Part shown: positions 41,341-52,392 of the stretch, in pieces
Numbering within the stretch: position 1 is the first letter of the stretch
Layout: every line of letters begins with the position of its first letter
DNA from: a virus
Length of the DNA: 64,000 nucleotides
Strand: one strand, 5' to 3'
Virus record (IMG/VR): IMGVR_UViG_3300008255_000114
Location: 1-64,000 of that record
Position numbers and translations under genes: made by a program
The notes under the pieces: generated by a model
The model's database searches: none
The model's input: only the letters and a program-made list of their open reading frames with translations
Told to the model about the DNA's origin: nothing

Positions 41341-41853
41341 ATGACTATAAAGATGATTATCGCCACTGGCGCTAACTTTGAAATTGGACAGGATGGTAAA
41401 CTCCCTTGGGGGTATATCAAAGAGGATATGACTTACTTTCAAGATCAGACTTCTAACCACATTGTTGTGATGGGACGTAAGACCCAAGACAGCTTACCTA
41501 ATAAACGTAAAGTACTACCTAATCGAATTAATTATGTAGTATCCTCTAAAGGTAATGGTGAACAGGATGATGGTTCATATAAAGTAAGTATGGTTAGTCT
41601 GGTTAAGTCTATTTTAAGTGGTAAGAGTATTTTCAGCCACTTAGATACATGGGTTATTGGAGGATCTTCTATCTACCAACAATTACTTCCATATGTAGAT
41701 GAAATTCATTGGACATTGGTAAATGAAGATTTCCCAGAGGCTGATACTTATTTTGATATGAGTTTCTTGTGGGCTAATGAAAAAGATTGGTACTTTGATA
41801 ATTTAACCAAACTGGGTACCACTACAAGTGTGACAGTTTGGAAACGTAAATAA
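41341..41853 (+). CDS. folA: Dihydrofolate reductase
   Basis: IG..GKLPW, ED..YF, VMGRKT..SL, LPNR.N, VIGG..IY, DTYF. Confidence 0.93.
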   Translation: MTIKMIIATGANFEIGQDGKLPWGYIKEDMTYFQDQTSNHIVVMGRKTQDSLPNKRKVLPNRINYVVSSKGNGEQDDGSYKVSMVSLVKSILSGKSIFSHLDTWVIGGSSIYQQLLPYVDEIHWTLVNEDFPEADTYFDMSFLWANEKDWYFDNLTKLGTTTSVTVWKRK

Positions 41854-41879
41854 TTATAATAAAATCAGGAGAAACAATA

Positions 41880-42374
41880 TTGAGCTATTTTAAAAATATG
41901 AAAGATAAAGGTGCTTTACCATGTTCAGTGAGTATCGATGTAGTTAATTATGTTGCCACTTTAATGCCAGAACAACTAATGTCGAATGGTAAACCTATTG
42001 TCCCACGAGTGTTATTTATGTTAGGTTTCCAAGTCGATAATAATGGTTTAGGTTACTCAATTTATGATGGTGTTCGTATCCGAGACAAAGATCGACCATA
42101 TTTGACTCATACTAGTTGCATCTACAACGGTAAGGTGCGTAAAGAAGTCTCACACATTGACGAAGATGGTTGCATTGTATTCAGTAAAGTAAAGTCACAT
42201 TTCATGGAACGTGTATATATTGAGAATGAAGTGTTGACATTATCTGGTATGGATAAGGCAATGATGGAGAATATCTCTACCATCGGCAATAAGAAGTTCT
42301 ACGATGACGGTATGGCTGCACTAGATAAACGTGTTGACCCAAACAAGCCAATTCGAAATATTGTAAGACCGTAA
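41880..42374 (+). CDS. Hypothetical protein
   Basis: AGGAG SD, 164 aa. Confidence 0.6.
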   Translation: MSYFKNMKDKGALPCSVSIDVVNYVATLMPEQLMSNGKPIVPRVLFMLGFQVDNNGLGYSIYDGVRIRDKDRPYLTHTSCIYNGKVRKEVSHIDEDGCIVFSKVKSHFMERVYIENEVLTLSGMDKAMMENISTIGNKKFYDDGMAALDKRVDPNKPIRNIVRP

Positions 42375-42387
42375 GGAGGATTAATAC

Positions 42388-42552
42388 TTGGCAACTGCAA
42401 ATACTAAACGTAACAAAGATGCACATAGCAACGACCTGTATACCACTTCTAACGAGTCTTTGCAGTTGTTGTGGGGTAACGCACCACATGTACTTAAACG
42501 TGCAAATACAGTGGTTGACAATAACTTTGGCTTAGGAAGGAATCCATTATGA
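42388..42552 (+). pseudogene. Probable truncated N-terminus of another DNA methyltransferase (54 aa)
   Basis: AGGAGG SD; ..NDLYTT...VVDNNFGLG then a stop overlapping the dam ATG. Confidence 0.45.
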
Positions 42553-43373
42553 AATTTGATAACACAACAGCAAACCCGTTTAATTGGGTTGGAAGTAAAT
42601 TTAGATATTTAAAAGACTTCTTAGAAGTTCTTCCAAAAGAGGAAAATATAAAAGTATTGGATTGCTTCTTGGGAGGAGGGGATTTAATATCAAAACTCCC
42701 GACTTCTTGGTGCATAACAGGAATAGATATAATACCCCAGTTAATTGAGATGCACAAGGCTATACAGGAAGGAACACTTAACGTCAGTGGAGTACAAGAA
42801 GAATTTATTAAAAGGTCTATGTCAAAAGAAAATGAAATTGCATACTTGAAACTTAGAGATGATTATAATGCATCAAACAATCCACAAGACTTATACCTCT
42901 TGATGACCAACTCTTTTAATAACCAACTTAGGTTTAATAGAAGTGGGGGATTCAATATGCCATTTGGTAAAAACCGTAGTAGTTTTAACCCTAAAATGCA
43001 AGCAAAACTTACAAATTACAAAAACGCTATAGCAGAAAGAGTTGTAAATTTTAAATGTGGATCTTATATAGAGGAAGACTTAAACAGTTATGATTTACTT
43101 TTAGTAGATCCACCATACCTAAATACTACTGCGACTTATAATGAGCAAGGTGGATGGAGCAAGGAGGATGACATAAGTCTATTACAAAATTTAGACAATT
43201 ATAAAGGGAAATTTATATACTTTAACCAACTAGTAAGTAAGGGTGTAGAAAATACTAATTTACTGGAGTGGGCTAATAAGTACCACACTAAAGTACTACA
43301 GGATACAACCAAAAACTGCAATCATCAACGTAAAGGTGGGACTACGGTTGAAGTTATGATTACTAATTTCTAA
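42549..43373 (+). CDS. dam: Dam-family DNA adenine methyltransferase
   Basis: PF.W.GSK, DCFLGGG, RFN..GGFN.PFG, DPPY. Confidence 0.88.
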   Translation: MKFDNTTANPFNWVGSKFRYLKDFLEVLPKEENIKVLDCFLGGGDLISKLPTSWCITGIDIIPQLIEMHKAIQEGTLNVSGVQEEFIKRSMSKENEIAYLKLRDDYNASNNPQDLYLLMTNSFNNQLRFNRSGGFNMPFGKNRSSFNPKMQAKLTNYKNAIAERVVNFKCGSYIEEDLNSYDLLLVDPPYLNTTATYNEQGGWSKEDDISLLQNLDNYKGKFIYFNQLVSKGVENTNLLEWANKYHTKVLQDTTKNCNHQRKGGTTVEVMITNF

Positions 43374-43722
43374 TTCCTCAAATTAACACGGATAGTAGGT
43401 TGCTTAGAGGGAGTTAATCTACTATAATAACTATTCAACTGTAAAAGAAGAGGTGTAATTTGATTTATGTAGAGAATAGAAAGCCAGTGGTACCTATTGA
43501 ATACGAGGGTAGTTTCACACAAGAATTAGGTATTGCCGAAGATAAGTGGCAAGATACTTCTGACATGGAAATCTACCAATTATTGGGTTACAAAGGTACA
43601 GAGTGGCGACTTAAAATGCAGAATGAACATATCGGTGATGCTATGTGGGACCAGAGTGGGTTCGAGCATACTTGGTCAGAGTTTGATACGGAAAGTGTAT
43701 AATTTAAATAAGGAGAAGTTGG

Positions 43723-46023
43723 TTGAGTAAAATAGTGAATATTATTAAGCGTGATGGAAGTAAAGTACCTTTTGAACCAGAGAAATTAAATAAGTGGGGT
43801 GAGTGGGCTACTAAAGCAGACCTAAGTTGGTCAGAGATTGTATTAGATACCTTAGATAATTTATATGATGGTTGTTCTACTAAAGATATTCACCAAGCTA
43901 TGATTAATGCATGTGTAGATAAGAAAAATGAAAAACACCTAGAATTTGCTGCTCGTTTATTACGGGGTGATTTATATAAGAAAGTTTACGGTTCTGACAA
44001 ACCAACTAAATTCTCAAGTAAATACCTACAATTGGTAAAAGAGGGACACTGGCAGGATTTTAATTTAAGTCCAGAAGATTTGGAAAAATTAGATTCTGTG
44101 GTTGACCCAGATATTGATAAGACATACGAGTACACCTCCTTATTACAATTCATAGACAAATACGCATTAAGTAGATATGTCAAAGGTGTTAAGGTTCCAG
44201 TAGAGACACCCCACCTAGCTTTGATGGGGATTGCTTTAACTTTATTTAGAAGTGATAGTTTGTTTCATGTAGAAAAATTCTATAATATTATTAAATATCG
44301 AAAAATTAATATCGCAACACCTATCATGGCTGCAGCACGTACAGGTTTTAATGAGTTTACTTCTTGCTTCCTATCTACTGCAGGAGATTCTCTAGGGAGT
44401 ATTATGGCTGGAACTAACCTAGCATATACTATGACAGCTAACCGAAGTGGTGTTGGTTTTGAGTTCGATATCCGATCTCATGGGGATGTAGTAGGTAACA
44501 ATAAATGTAAACATGCTGGTAAGTTACCTCATTATGAAATGCTACTAAAGACTATTAAGTCAGTCACACAAGGTGTTCGTGGTGGTGCTGGTACAGTATA
44601 CTTTAATGTATTAGACCCAGAGTTTGATGATCTGGTCAGATTAAAAAGTCCTACCACACCATTAAGTAAACGTATTGAATTAATGGACTACTCTTTGATG
44701 TGGAATAATGATTTCCTCTCACGAGTAGCTAAGAATGAAGATTGGTTATTAGTCAGTAAAGTTGATAAACCTTTATTACACGAGGCTTTCTATAATAACC
44801 GAAGTGAATTCCCTAAGTTAATGGAAGAAGCGCTTAATGAACATAGTAGAAAACCTTCAATCAGTGACTTACTTAAACCAGACTTTATTGCAATAAAATC
44901 AACTGGAAAAGGTAAGGTAGTTAATGCCAGAGATATGTTTAAAGTATTCTTACAGCAAAGACAAGAAACTGGACGTATCTATTGTGGTAATGTTGATACA
45001 CTAAACGACCATACACCTTATAGTGAAGATGTTATCAGAATGTTAAATTTATGTTCAGAGACAGCACTACCTACGCGAGGATTTAAAGGTGTGGAATCAC
45101 TAAATAAACCCGTCCGCAAAGATGATGGTTTGGTAGGGTTATGTTTCCTACTAGCAACAGACTACGGTAAATGTGAAGAACATGAGGTTGATGAGGTTAA
45201 CTATTATGCATGTAGAGCGTTAGATAATATTATCAGCATGACATCCTACCCATACAAAACCTTAGAAGATGTTGGCCTAAACTACCGCAGTATTGGGGTT
45301 GGTATTACAAACCTTGCGTATGTAATGGCAAAGAATAAGGTGCTTTACTCGTCTGAAGAAGGTCGTAACTTTATTCATCGGTTAGCAGAAAGACACCAGT
45401 TCTCTTTATATAAAGCTAGTGTTTCATTGGCTAAAGAACGAGGTAAATTTGGTTGGTTTGATAAAACTAAATTTGCTAAAGGGTTAATGTGTGTTGATAC
45501 TTACACAAAAGAAATTGATAAGCACCACTCTCAAGATCTATTGTGCGACTGGGATGGGTTGCGAAAAGAAATAAATAAATATGGACTAAGGTTCTCCACA
45601 AAAAGTGCCCATATGCCGTGCGAGTCTTCATCGGCGTGGGGTTATAGCACTAATGGTTTGTATCCAGTTAGACAAGGTGTGCTGATGAAGTCTCGTCCAG
45701 AGGGATTGGTACCGTTCTTTGCACCTGAATATGAGAAGTATAAAGAATTCTACGAATTGGCTTGGGATATTAATACACAAGATTTATACAAGGTGTATGG
45801 TATTATACAAAAGTTCACTTGCCAAAGTATTAGTGCCGATACCTATGTAGACTTTTCTAAACTAGAAAACGGGAAGGTTCAGATGAGTACAATGATGAAA
45901 GATATGCTATTCAGTATGAAGATTGGAATGAAGTCACATTATTACTCTAACTCTAAAACAGAAGATAAAACAGAATCTGGAAGTAAAGAAACAGACGCAG
46001 ATTGTGACTCGTGTAAATTATAG
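43723..46023 (+). CDS. nrdA: Ribonucleotide reductase class Ia alpha subunit
   Basis: ATP cone IIKRDG, TPIM, SCF, QG.RGGA, NLCSE, GVG, MP.ESS, HYY, C-terminal CDSCKL. Confidence 0.95.
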   Translation: MSKIVNIIKRDGSKVPFEPEKLNKWGEWATKADLSWSEIVLDTLDNLYDGCSTKDIHQAMINACVDKKNEKHLEFAARLLRGDLYKKVYGSDKPTKFSSKYLQLVKEGHWQDFNLSPEDLEKLDSVVDPDIDKTYEYTSLLQFIDKYALSRYVKGVKVPVETPHLALMGIALTLFRSDSLFHVEKFYNIIKYRKINIATPIMAAARTGFNEFTSCFLSTAGDSLGSIMAGTNLAYTMTANRSGVGFEFDIRSHGDVVGNNKCKHAGKLPHYEMLLKTIKSVTQGVRGGAGTVYFNVLDPEFDDLVRLKSPTTPLSKRIELMDYSLMWNNDFLSRVAKNEDWLLVSKVDKPLLHEAFYNNRSEFPKLMEEALNEHSRKPSISDLLKPDFIAIKSTGKGKVVNARDMFKVFLQQRQETGRIYCGNVDTLNDHTPYSEDVIRMLNLCSETALPTRGFKGVESLNKPVRKDDGLVGLCFLLATDYGKCEEHEVDEVNYYACRALDNIISMTSYPYKTLEDVGLNYRSIGVGITNLAYVMAKNKVLYSSEEGRNFIHRLAERHQFSLYKASVSLAKERGKFGWFDKTKFAKGLMCVDTYTKEIDKHHSQDLLCDWDGLRKEINKYGLRFSTKSAHMPCESSSAWGYSTNGLYPVRQGVLMKSRPEGLVPFFAPEYEKYKEFYELAWDINTQDLYKVYGIIQKFTCQSISADTYVDFSKLENGKVQMSTMMKDMLFSMKIGMKSHYYSNSKTEDKTESGSKETDADCDSCKL

Positions 46024-46037
46024 GAGATTTAAATTTT

Positions 46038-47156
46038 ATGGGAAGTAGTAGTAGTAATAGTAGACCCCTTTTTGATATAGATAATAAAGCTAATAATAGT
46101 CAGGTTGGGTACCCTTTATTCTTAGGTGCTGAATTAGGGCTTATGGATAATATTCATGAAACTTATCCAAGTATTGCAAAGTTACGTGATAAGATGATAA
46201 CTGACAATTGGGTATGGACTGAGATTAGTTTATCTAAAGATGCAAAGGATATTCAAAATAAAGACTTAGCATCTGAAACTGACATTATGGTAAAGAATCT
46301 AAGTTTCCAGTATTTAGCTGATAGTATTGCAGAAGCATCAATTGGTATTCTAGAGATGTTCTGTTCTAACACAGAGTTAGAGGGTTTACTGAAGTTCTGG
46401 CACTATAATGAGTATGTACATGCCATGCAGTATTCTGAGATTGTTAAAACAGCATTCCCAGATCCTAACACTTTGATGGAGGAAGTTAAACTTTTAGAGC
46501 CAGCAATTAAACGCTTACTTCCACTTGGAAAAGTATTTGACGATACACGTTTAATGGGTTATAAATATCAGATGGGAGGAGAAATCCCGCAAGCAGAGCT
46601 TAGAAAACAAATATTACGTTTCATGGGGGCTTTACTTTCACTAGAGGCTATCAGTTTTGCAGTTAGTTTTGCAGCTACCTTTGCTGTTGGTAGAAATGCC
46701 AAAGCCTATGATGGTATTGTTAAGGCAGTTCAGCTTATTGCCAGAGATGAATTAGAAACTCATGTTAAAGCTGACTTAGAAATTATCCGTATTCTACGAT
46801 TTGTAGAGGGTTGGGAGACTGAGTACCAAGAAGTAAAGCATGAGCTACAAGAGTTCTTCGATACTGTATTAGAAAATGAGAAAGAGTGGGCAGATTACTT
46901 ATTCAGTGAAGGTCGTAATATTGTAGGGCTTAATCAAGGTAATGTGTATGAGTATGCCAAGTACTTATCAGCTAGTGTGTATAAGGTTTTAGATTTATCT
47001 ATTGGGTTCACATACCCAGAGAATAATAACCTACCTTGGCTTAAAGACTACTTAGATTTAGATGCTATTCAGGTAACCAATCAAGAAGGTCAAAGTAATA
47101 ATTATAAAGTTAATGTTATGCAGGATGATGACGACGGAGAAGACTTAGATTATTAA
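46038..47156 (+). CDS. nrdB: Ribonucleotide reductase beta subunit
   Basis: W..TEI....D, DS, E.VH...Y, LEAISF..SF, IARDE..H. Confidence 0.93.
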   Translation: MGSSSSNSRPLFDIDNKANNSQVGYPLFLGAELGLMDNIHETYPSIAKLRDKMITDNWVWTEISLSKDAKDIQNKDLASETDIMVKNLSFQYLADSIAEASIGILEMFCSNTELEGLLKFWHYNEYVHAMQYSEIVKTAFPDPNTLMEEVKLLEPAIKRLLPLGKVFDDTRLMGYKYQMGGEIPQAELRKQILRFMGALLSLEAISFAVSFAATFAVGRNAKAYDGIVKAVQLIARDELETHVKADLEIIRILRFVEGWETEYQEVKHELQEFFDTVLENEKEWADYLFSEGRNIVGLNQGNVYEYAKYLSASVYKVLDLSIGFTYPENNNLPWLKDYLDLDAIQVTNQEGQSNNYKVNVMQDDDDGEDLDY

Positions 47157-47693
47157 AAATAACAATTGCACAAGGATGTGCTTTGTTCTACACTGTAAGC
47201 TGACAATTAAAAAGGAGATACAATATGAATAATTACACAGAATCATGGATTGCAAACTTAGATGGCGATATGCTTGATTGCTTAGCTGGACATCTTACAC
47301 ACGGCAAGACTTACGAAGTGTTAGAGGATTATAATGGGAGTGTCTATAGTGATCGGTGCCACGTAGTCTTAAATGATAATGGGGTGACGACAGGATACCA
47401 CCATTCATGGTTCACCCCAGTTAAACTTTATGACGAAGATGAAAATGAATTGGTTTGTCGTGATATTGAGTTTAAATCTGGTGATTACCTTGTAAGGAGT
47501 AAACATACTGATGAACAAATTATATATTTATCAAAATACTTAACATTCTATGATCTATGTGGCTGGTTGCAAGGTAGTTGGGAATATTTAACTTGGAATG
47601 GGGGCGCTAATAGATTTTCTGGATATGGTGGTAAACCTTACGGTAAAGAGTACCACTTCAACGATCTATTCTACTTAGAAGGAGAATAATTTA

Positions 47694-48293
47694 ATGTTAA
47701 ATAGCTACAAAGACTCTTTACCTTTTGTGCAGACTTATATTGATACCACCATAAAACATGAAGGTGGTGATAAGTATACCAACGATCCTGATGACTCTGG
47801 TGGAGAGACAAAATGGGGTGTGACTAAGAAAGCCACTTTGAAGTATAAAGAGTATTTCCACTTGTATAATTGGAATGGTGATATTAAAACGATGCCCTTA
47901 GCGTTCGCACAAGACATATATGCTTACGAATATTATATGGTACCAAAGTTTAACCTTGTGGCTAAAGAGTCTCATATGATAGCCCAAGAGTTGTTCGACA
48001 CTTCTATTAATTTAGGGGTGCAATCTCCAAGTAATTGGCTACAGCAGATCCTTAATGTACTTAATAATCAACAGGAGTATTATAAAGATATCAAGGAAGA
48101 TGGCTTAATTGGAAGTGGTACTGTGAATGCACTACGTGCCTTTTTAGACAAGCGTGGTAGTGAAGGTGAAAAGGTATTGTATAATATGCTTAACATTATG
48201 CAAGGTAACTTCTACATCAGACTAGCCATTAAACGTGAAAAGGACGAAAAATTTATTTTTGGATGGGTATCATCTAGGGTTGGTTTTAAATAG
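47694..48293 (+). CDS. Endolysin, GH108 + peptidoglycan-binding domain
   Basis: HEGG.Y.NDPDD.GGETKWGVT, FD..IN.G, DG.IG..T, F..GW. Confidence 0.9.
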   Translation: MLNSYKDSLPFVQTYIDTTIKHEGGDKYTNDPDDSGGETKWGVTKKATLKYKEYFHLYNWNGDIKTMPLAFAQDIYAYEYYMVPKFNLVAKESHMIAQELFDTSINLGVQSPSNWLQQILNVLNNQQEYYKDIKEDGLIGSGTVNALRAFLDKRGSEGEKVLYNMLNIMQGNFYIRLAIKREKDEKFIFGWVSSRVGFK

Positions 48294-48301
48294 GAGTTTG
48301 T

Positions 48302-49264
48302 ATGGACACTACACAGGTGACTAGGAAGGGTAATACACTTACCCTAGTTGATAAGATTATGGTGAAAAGCAGGACACACTTTATAGTGTCATGTGATATC
48401 TGCTCTAAGGATACAGAGGTTTATAAAGAAAACTTCCTTACAGTAAAGACCAGTTGGGATAAAGGTATCATACCTTGTGGTTGTTCAGGACATTATAAAT
48501 ATAATGAAGCACAAGCTATTATATTGGCGACAAGGAGGTGCACTAATAAGGATAAGAAATTTCATGGTTTTGCTGAAGAATTCACCAATATTTCAAAGAC
48601 AAAAGTGAAAGGGCACTGTGATATACATAATAATACTACATGGGATAATATATTTAATTATTTGAAGACAGACAAAGAGTGTCCTGATTGCTCTAGGAGA
48701 AACATAATATTTGGGGTAGGTATCAATGATACCAAAGGTGCAATAGATGGTTGCCCATATTTTAAAATATGGTATGGTATGCTTAAGCGATGTTACCATC
48801 CACCATGCTGGGTAAGAAGTCCTACCTACAAAGGTTGTGAGGTACACCCAGACTGGTGGAAATTTTCAAAATTTAAAGGTTGGATGAAGAAGCAGGATTG
48901 GCAAGGTAAGCAACTAGATAAGGACTTACTGTTACAGGGTAATAGGGTGTACAGTAAAGATACTTGCATATTCATAACCCATAGGATAAATTGTTTTATT
49001 AAGACAAATATTAACCCCAACAAGGAACTTCCTATAGGGGTTACAAAAACTAGAAGTGTAGGTTACGAAAGCAATTGCTGTGGTATCTATTTGGGGTCTT
49101 TCACTGATGTTGAGGGTGCACATCTAGCTTGGCAGAAAAGTAAGGTGAATACAGCTATAGATCTTTTGGAGGGACAAGAATTTCGTGTACAAATTAAACT
49201 CCAAAGTATTATAGATAATATAAATGATGATATTACCTCTGGTAGGGTAACTCAGTGGTTTTAA
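48302..49264 (+). CDS. HNH-type homing endonuclease (copy 4) with N-terminal zinc-ribbon
   Basis: GVGIND, W.GMLKRCY, PTYKGCEV, LDKDLL..GN.VYS. Confidence 0.75.
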   Translation: MDTTQVTRKGNTLTLVDKIMVKSRTHFIVSCDICSKDTEVYKENFLTVKTSWDKGIIPCGCSGHYKYNEAQAIILATRRCTNKDKKFHGFAEEFTNISKTKVKGHCDIHNNTTWDNIFNYLKTDKECPDCSRRNIIFGVGINDTKGAIDGCPYFKIWYGMLKRCYHPPCWVRSPTYKGCEVHPDWWKFSKFKGWMKKQDWQGKQLDKDLLLQGNRVYSKDTCIFITHRINCFIKTNINPNKELPIGVTKTRSVGYESNCCGIYLGSFTDVEGAHLAWQKSKVNTAIDLLEGQEFRVQIKLQSIIDNINDDITSGRVTQWF

Positions 49265-49338
49265 ATAAGGAGGTACATGGCATAATTTAATTTCGTAAGT
49301 AAGAGTAGTCCTATAATTAAATAACACTGGAGAATACT

Positions 49339-50127
49339 ATGAATCAGGAACGCCATGTTAACCGTAAAGGGAAGAGAAATAAAGCTAAAGTAGTTGATGA
49401 TCGTTGGGAGAAAAAGAAAGAGGTTGGTCGTGTTATTAGTGATAAATTTATGGAGGAGCGCACACCACCCCCTATTGTTGCTAAGAATGCAAAACAGAAA
49501 CACTACTTTGATATATTAGATAACTGTAATGTAATAGTGGCAGAGGGACTCTTTGGTACTGGTAAATCATTCTGCGCTGCAGTGACGGCTGCCGATAAAC
49601 TACGTAAAGGAGAGATTGATAAAATTATTGTTGCTAGGGCTTATGTACAGACAGGTAAGACTGCTGGTTTTAGACCCGGGTCTACTTTAGAGAAACTATT
49701 CCCTTATGTACGTAATATCTTGGATACAGTTAAAAATCGTATGGGTGACGGTGCGTACACCAATGCACTAAAAGATGGGTTAACTGGCCAAATTGAAGTA
49801 CAGGCTTTGGAGGATATCCGTGGAAGGAGTTTTGATGAACCGTGTATGTTAATCATCGAAGAGGCGCAGCAATGTTCCCCAGAAGAGATGCTAAGTATTA
49901 TCACCCGTATTTCAGATAACTGTACCTTGGTTATTAGTGGAGATGACAGTCAAAAAGATACTAGAGGTGAGTCTGGACTTGGTTGGTTTGTGAAGTTCTC
50001 TAAGAAACATAAACTTTCTGGTGTAGGTTATGTAAACTTTGATAAGCCAGAGGATATCGTGAGAGGTGGTTTCGTAAGAGAGGTAGCTTTTGCTCTAGCT
50101 AAAGATAAAGGTATGCAAGGGTTTTAA
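49339..50127 (+). CDS. phoH: PhoH-like ATPase
   Basis: G..GTGKS, GF.PG...EK, RGRSF, EAQ, TR, GD..Q.D, DIVR. Confidence 0.92.
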   Translation: MNQERHVNRKGKRNKAKVVDDRWEKKKEVGRVISDKFMEERTPPPIVAKNAKQKHYFDILDNCNVIVAEGLFGTGKSFCAAVTAADKLRKGEIDKIIVARAYVQTGKTAGFRPGSTLEKLFPYVRNILDTVKNRMGDGAYTNALKDGLTGQIEVQALEDIRGRSFDEPCMLIIEEAQQCSPEEMLSIITRISDNCTLVISGDDSQKDTRGESGLGWFVKFSKKHKLSGVGYVNFDKPEDIVRGGFVREVAFALAKDKGMQGF

Positions 50128-50176
50128 ATTATACCAACACACACATGGATGTGTTTTAATCTAAGGAGGTTACAAT

Positions 50177-51001
50177 TTGAAAAATAATCAACTATTTTTA
50201 TCGGCACCATCAGTGCAGGTTACGCCCATGTCATCTTATATTGAAATTTCAATTGACCGTGACATTACCTCCCCAGAGGATTTCCGTGAGGAAATAGGTG
50301 CTATACGTTCAGCAAAAGAAGGGGATGTAGTACTTATTACCCTAAACTGTGGTGGTGGGCAGATTGATACCGCTATGGCAATCATCGCAGCAATGAATCA
50401 ATGTCCAGCACATATCATATGTGAGGCTGTGGGTACCGTAGCTTCTGCAGCTACATTAATATTCTTAAATGGTCACGAATACCGTGTCAATGATGGTATT
50501 GAGTGGATGCAACATACAGCATCATATTCTTATGGTGGTAAGGCTAATAATATTGCAGAGTTTGTGACATTTCAACAAAAGATTGTACGTAATATGGTAG
50601 AGAAGAGTTATAAACATTTCCTTACTGATGATGAAATTGAGAAACTATTGGCGGGTGCAGACTATTGGATGGATAGTGAGGATGTATGCACTCGCCTAGA
50701 AGCTCGTGCTGCAGCCATGTCACCAGAAGAGGAAGCACCAGAAATTACTCGTGAACAACTCCAATCATGGTCTCATGAACGTTTAGTAAGTTTCATTTAT
50801 GATGAGGATTATACCGACGAATCTTGGGAGTGTACACACGAAAAGTTAGAGGAAACATCAGTTGATGCAGGTATTGATACTACCACCAACACATTAATCA
50901 ATGAACTGAAACAGGTAGCCGATGACCTTAATATCAAATACCCACATAATATTAAGTTGGAAACATTACGAAGTAAAATATTAAAATTTATTGAAGATTA
51001 G
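50177..51001 (+). CDS. ClpP-like protease
   Basis: LNCGGG, ASAATLI (catalytic Ser), MQH, D.W. Confidence 0.8.
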   Translation: MKNNQLFLSAPSVQVTPMSSYIEISIDRDITSPEDFREEIGAIRSAKEGDVVLITLNCGGGQIDTAMAIIAAMNQCPAHIICEAVGTVASAATLIFLNGHEYRVNDGIEWMQHTASYSYGGKANNIAEFVTFQQKIVRNMVEKSYKHFLTDDEIEKLLAGADYWMDSEDVCTRLEARAAAMSPEEEAPEITREQLQSWSHERLVSFIYDEDYTDESWECTHEKLEETSVDAGIDTTTNTLINELKQVADDLNIKYPHNIKLETLRSKILKFIED

Positions 51002-52140
51002 TGTTGCAAAGTTAAATAGTTTACCATATACTAATCCTATTCCAGAAATGGTGTAGGATTTTATTTTATGAGGAGGTATTGTTAATATGAATGAATTTAA
51101 AGTTGGTAATTGTGTTGGGTTACCTAAGACTGGTTACAATACATGGGAAGAGTTTTACAATTCTCAACATATACTATGTGAAACTGATATAGCTAGAGGT
51201 TATTATTGGTGTAATAATGGTAGTCCCTCTATAGACCTAAGTAATTGTATTCACCACATTGTCCATCTAAACTACCGTAATCGTTGTCAGACTCTTAAAG
51301 GTAAAGTAACTCAACCTTGTAACTGGAATAGGTTTGTTGAGAAGTATACCACTAAACCTCCATTTGAACGACCATGTAATGATGGCATTACTGTGAGTTG
51401 TTATATTATGTTCAAAGGAATTACCCAACGTATTGAGGGTGAATACTGGAAAGGTCAGGTTTACTTCTTTGGTATGAATAATGTGTTTTATAAGACTAAA
51501 GTTTATGTGACAGAAGAGGGTTATCTAACTGGATTACATATGTACGGTCTTAGTGATAAACAGAAACGTAATTCTACTAAGTTTTAAGGGGGTTTAATGT
51601 ACAATATTGATAGGTTAATATATCTGTGTGAGCTGGCTATATCCAGTGAGATTGACCCACCAAAACACTTATATAAACAAGTAGATGATTTCAATAAGGA
51701 GGTGGATACAAGACTACATAACATTAAGGAGACATTAAAACACTTACTGGTGAACGAGAGTACTTTACCTGACATAAATAAATTACTATCTAGGTTTGGA
51801 GCAGAAATAATTGAAAGTAATTATTGGGGTGTTAGATATACATTATCTATTTCAGATTCTACAGAAGATATTGTGAGAGAGGTGTATAAATACTACCACC
51901 TAGAGTCTGATTATACTGATAATAATCTCCGTAGAGTGGTGTGTGAGGTTCTTAGAGGATCTGAGAGTATTATGTTACCAAGTAAACTTTACCCTACTGG
52001 TGGTGTCTGTGGGCGTGATACTGCAAGTGTTAGGGTATTCATAACCAAGCTAAAGAATAATAAATTCTTAGGCGCAGATACTGTATCTCACATACCAGAT
52101 GAAGTTACTACGGTTTTATTAAGACTTAAGGAGTTTATAA

Positions 52141-52392
52141 ATGGACGTGAAAACTTTACATTCATTTGATGAAGTGTTACACTATGGTTCTCTTGGTGAA
52201 GTTGAGATTATTACAGGAGAGGCTTGGTCATACTTAGAGGATTTAATTGAGAAGTATTTAGATGAAAATACTCCTGAAGGTGACACAGAGTTAGATTCAG
52301 CTTATGATAGTGGATTAAATGATGTGTACCATGAAGGAAGATCAGATGGTTATGAAGAATGTTTATGTAAATATGGGATAGAGGAGGATTAA
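52141..52392 (+). CDS. Small, highly acidic protein
   Basis: 83 aa, D/E-rich, AGGAG SD. Confidence 0.6.
   Translation: MDVKTLHSFDEVLHYGSLGEVEIITGEAWSYLEDLIEKYLDENTPEGDTELDSAYDSGLNDVYHEGRSDGYEECLCKYGIEED

Noticed and set aside
40492-47156. Introns or inteins in thyA, nrdA or nrdB
   Set aside because: All are continuous and of normal length
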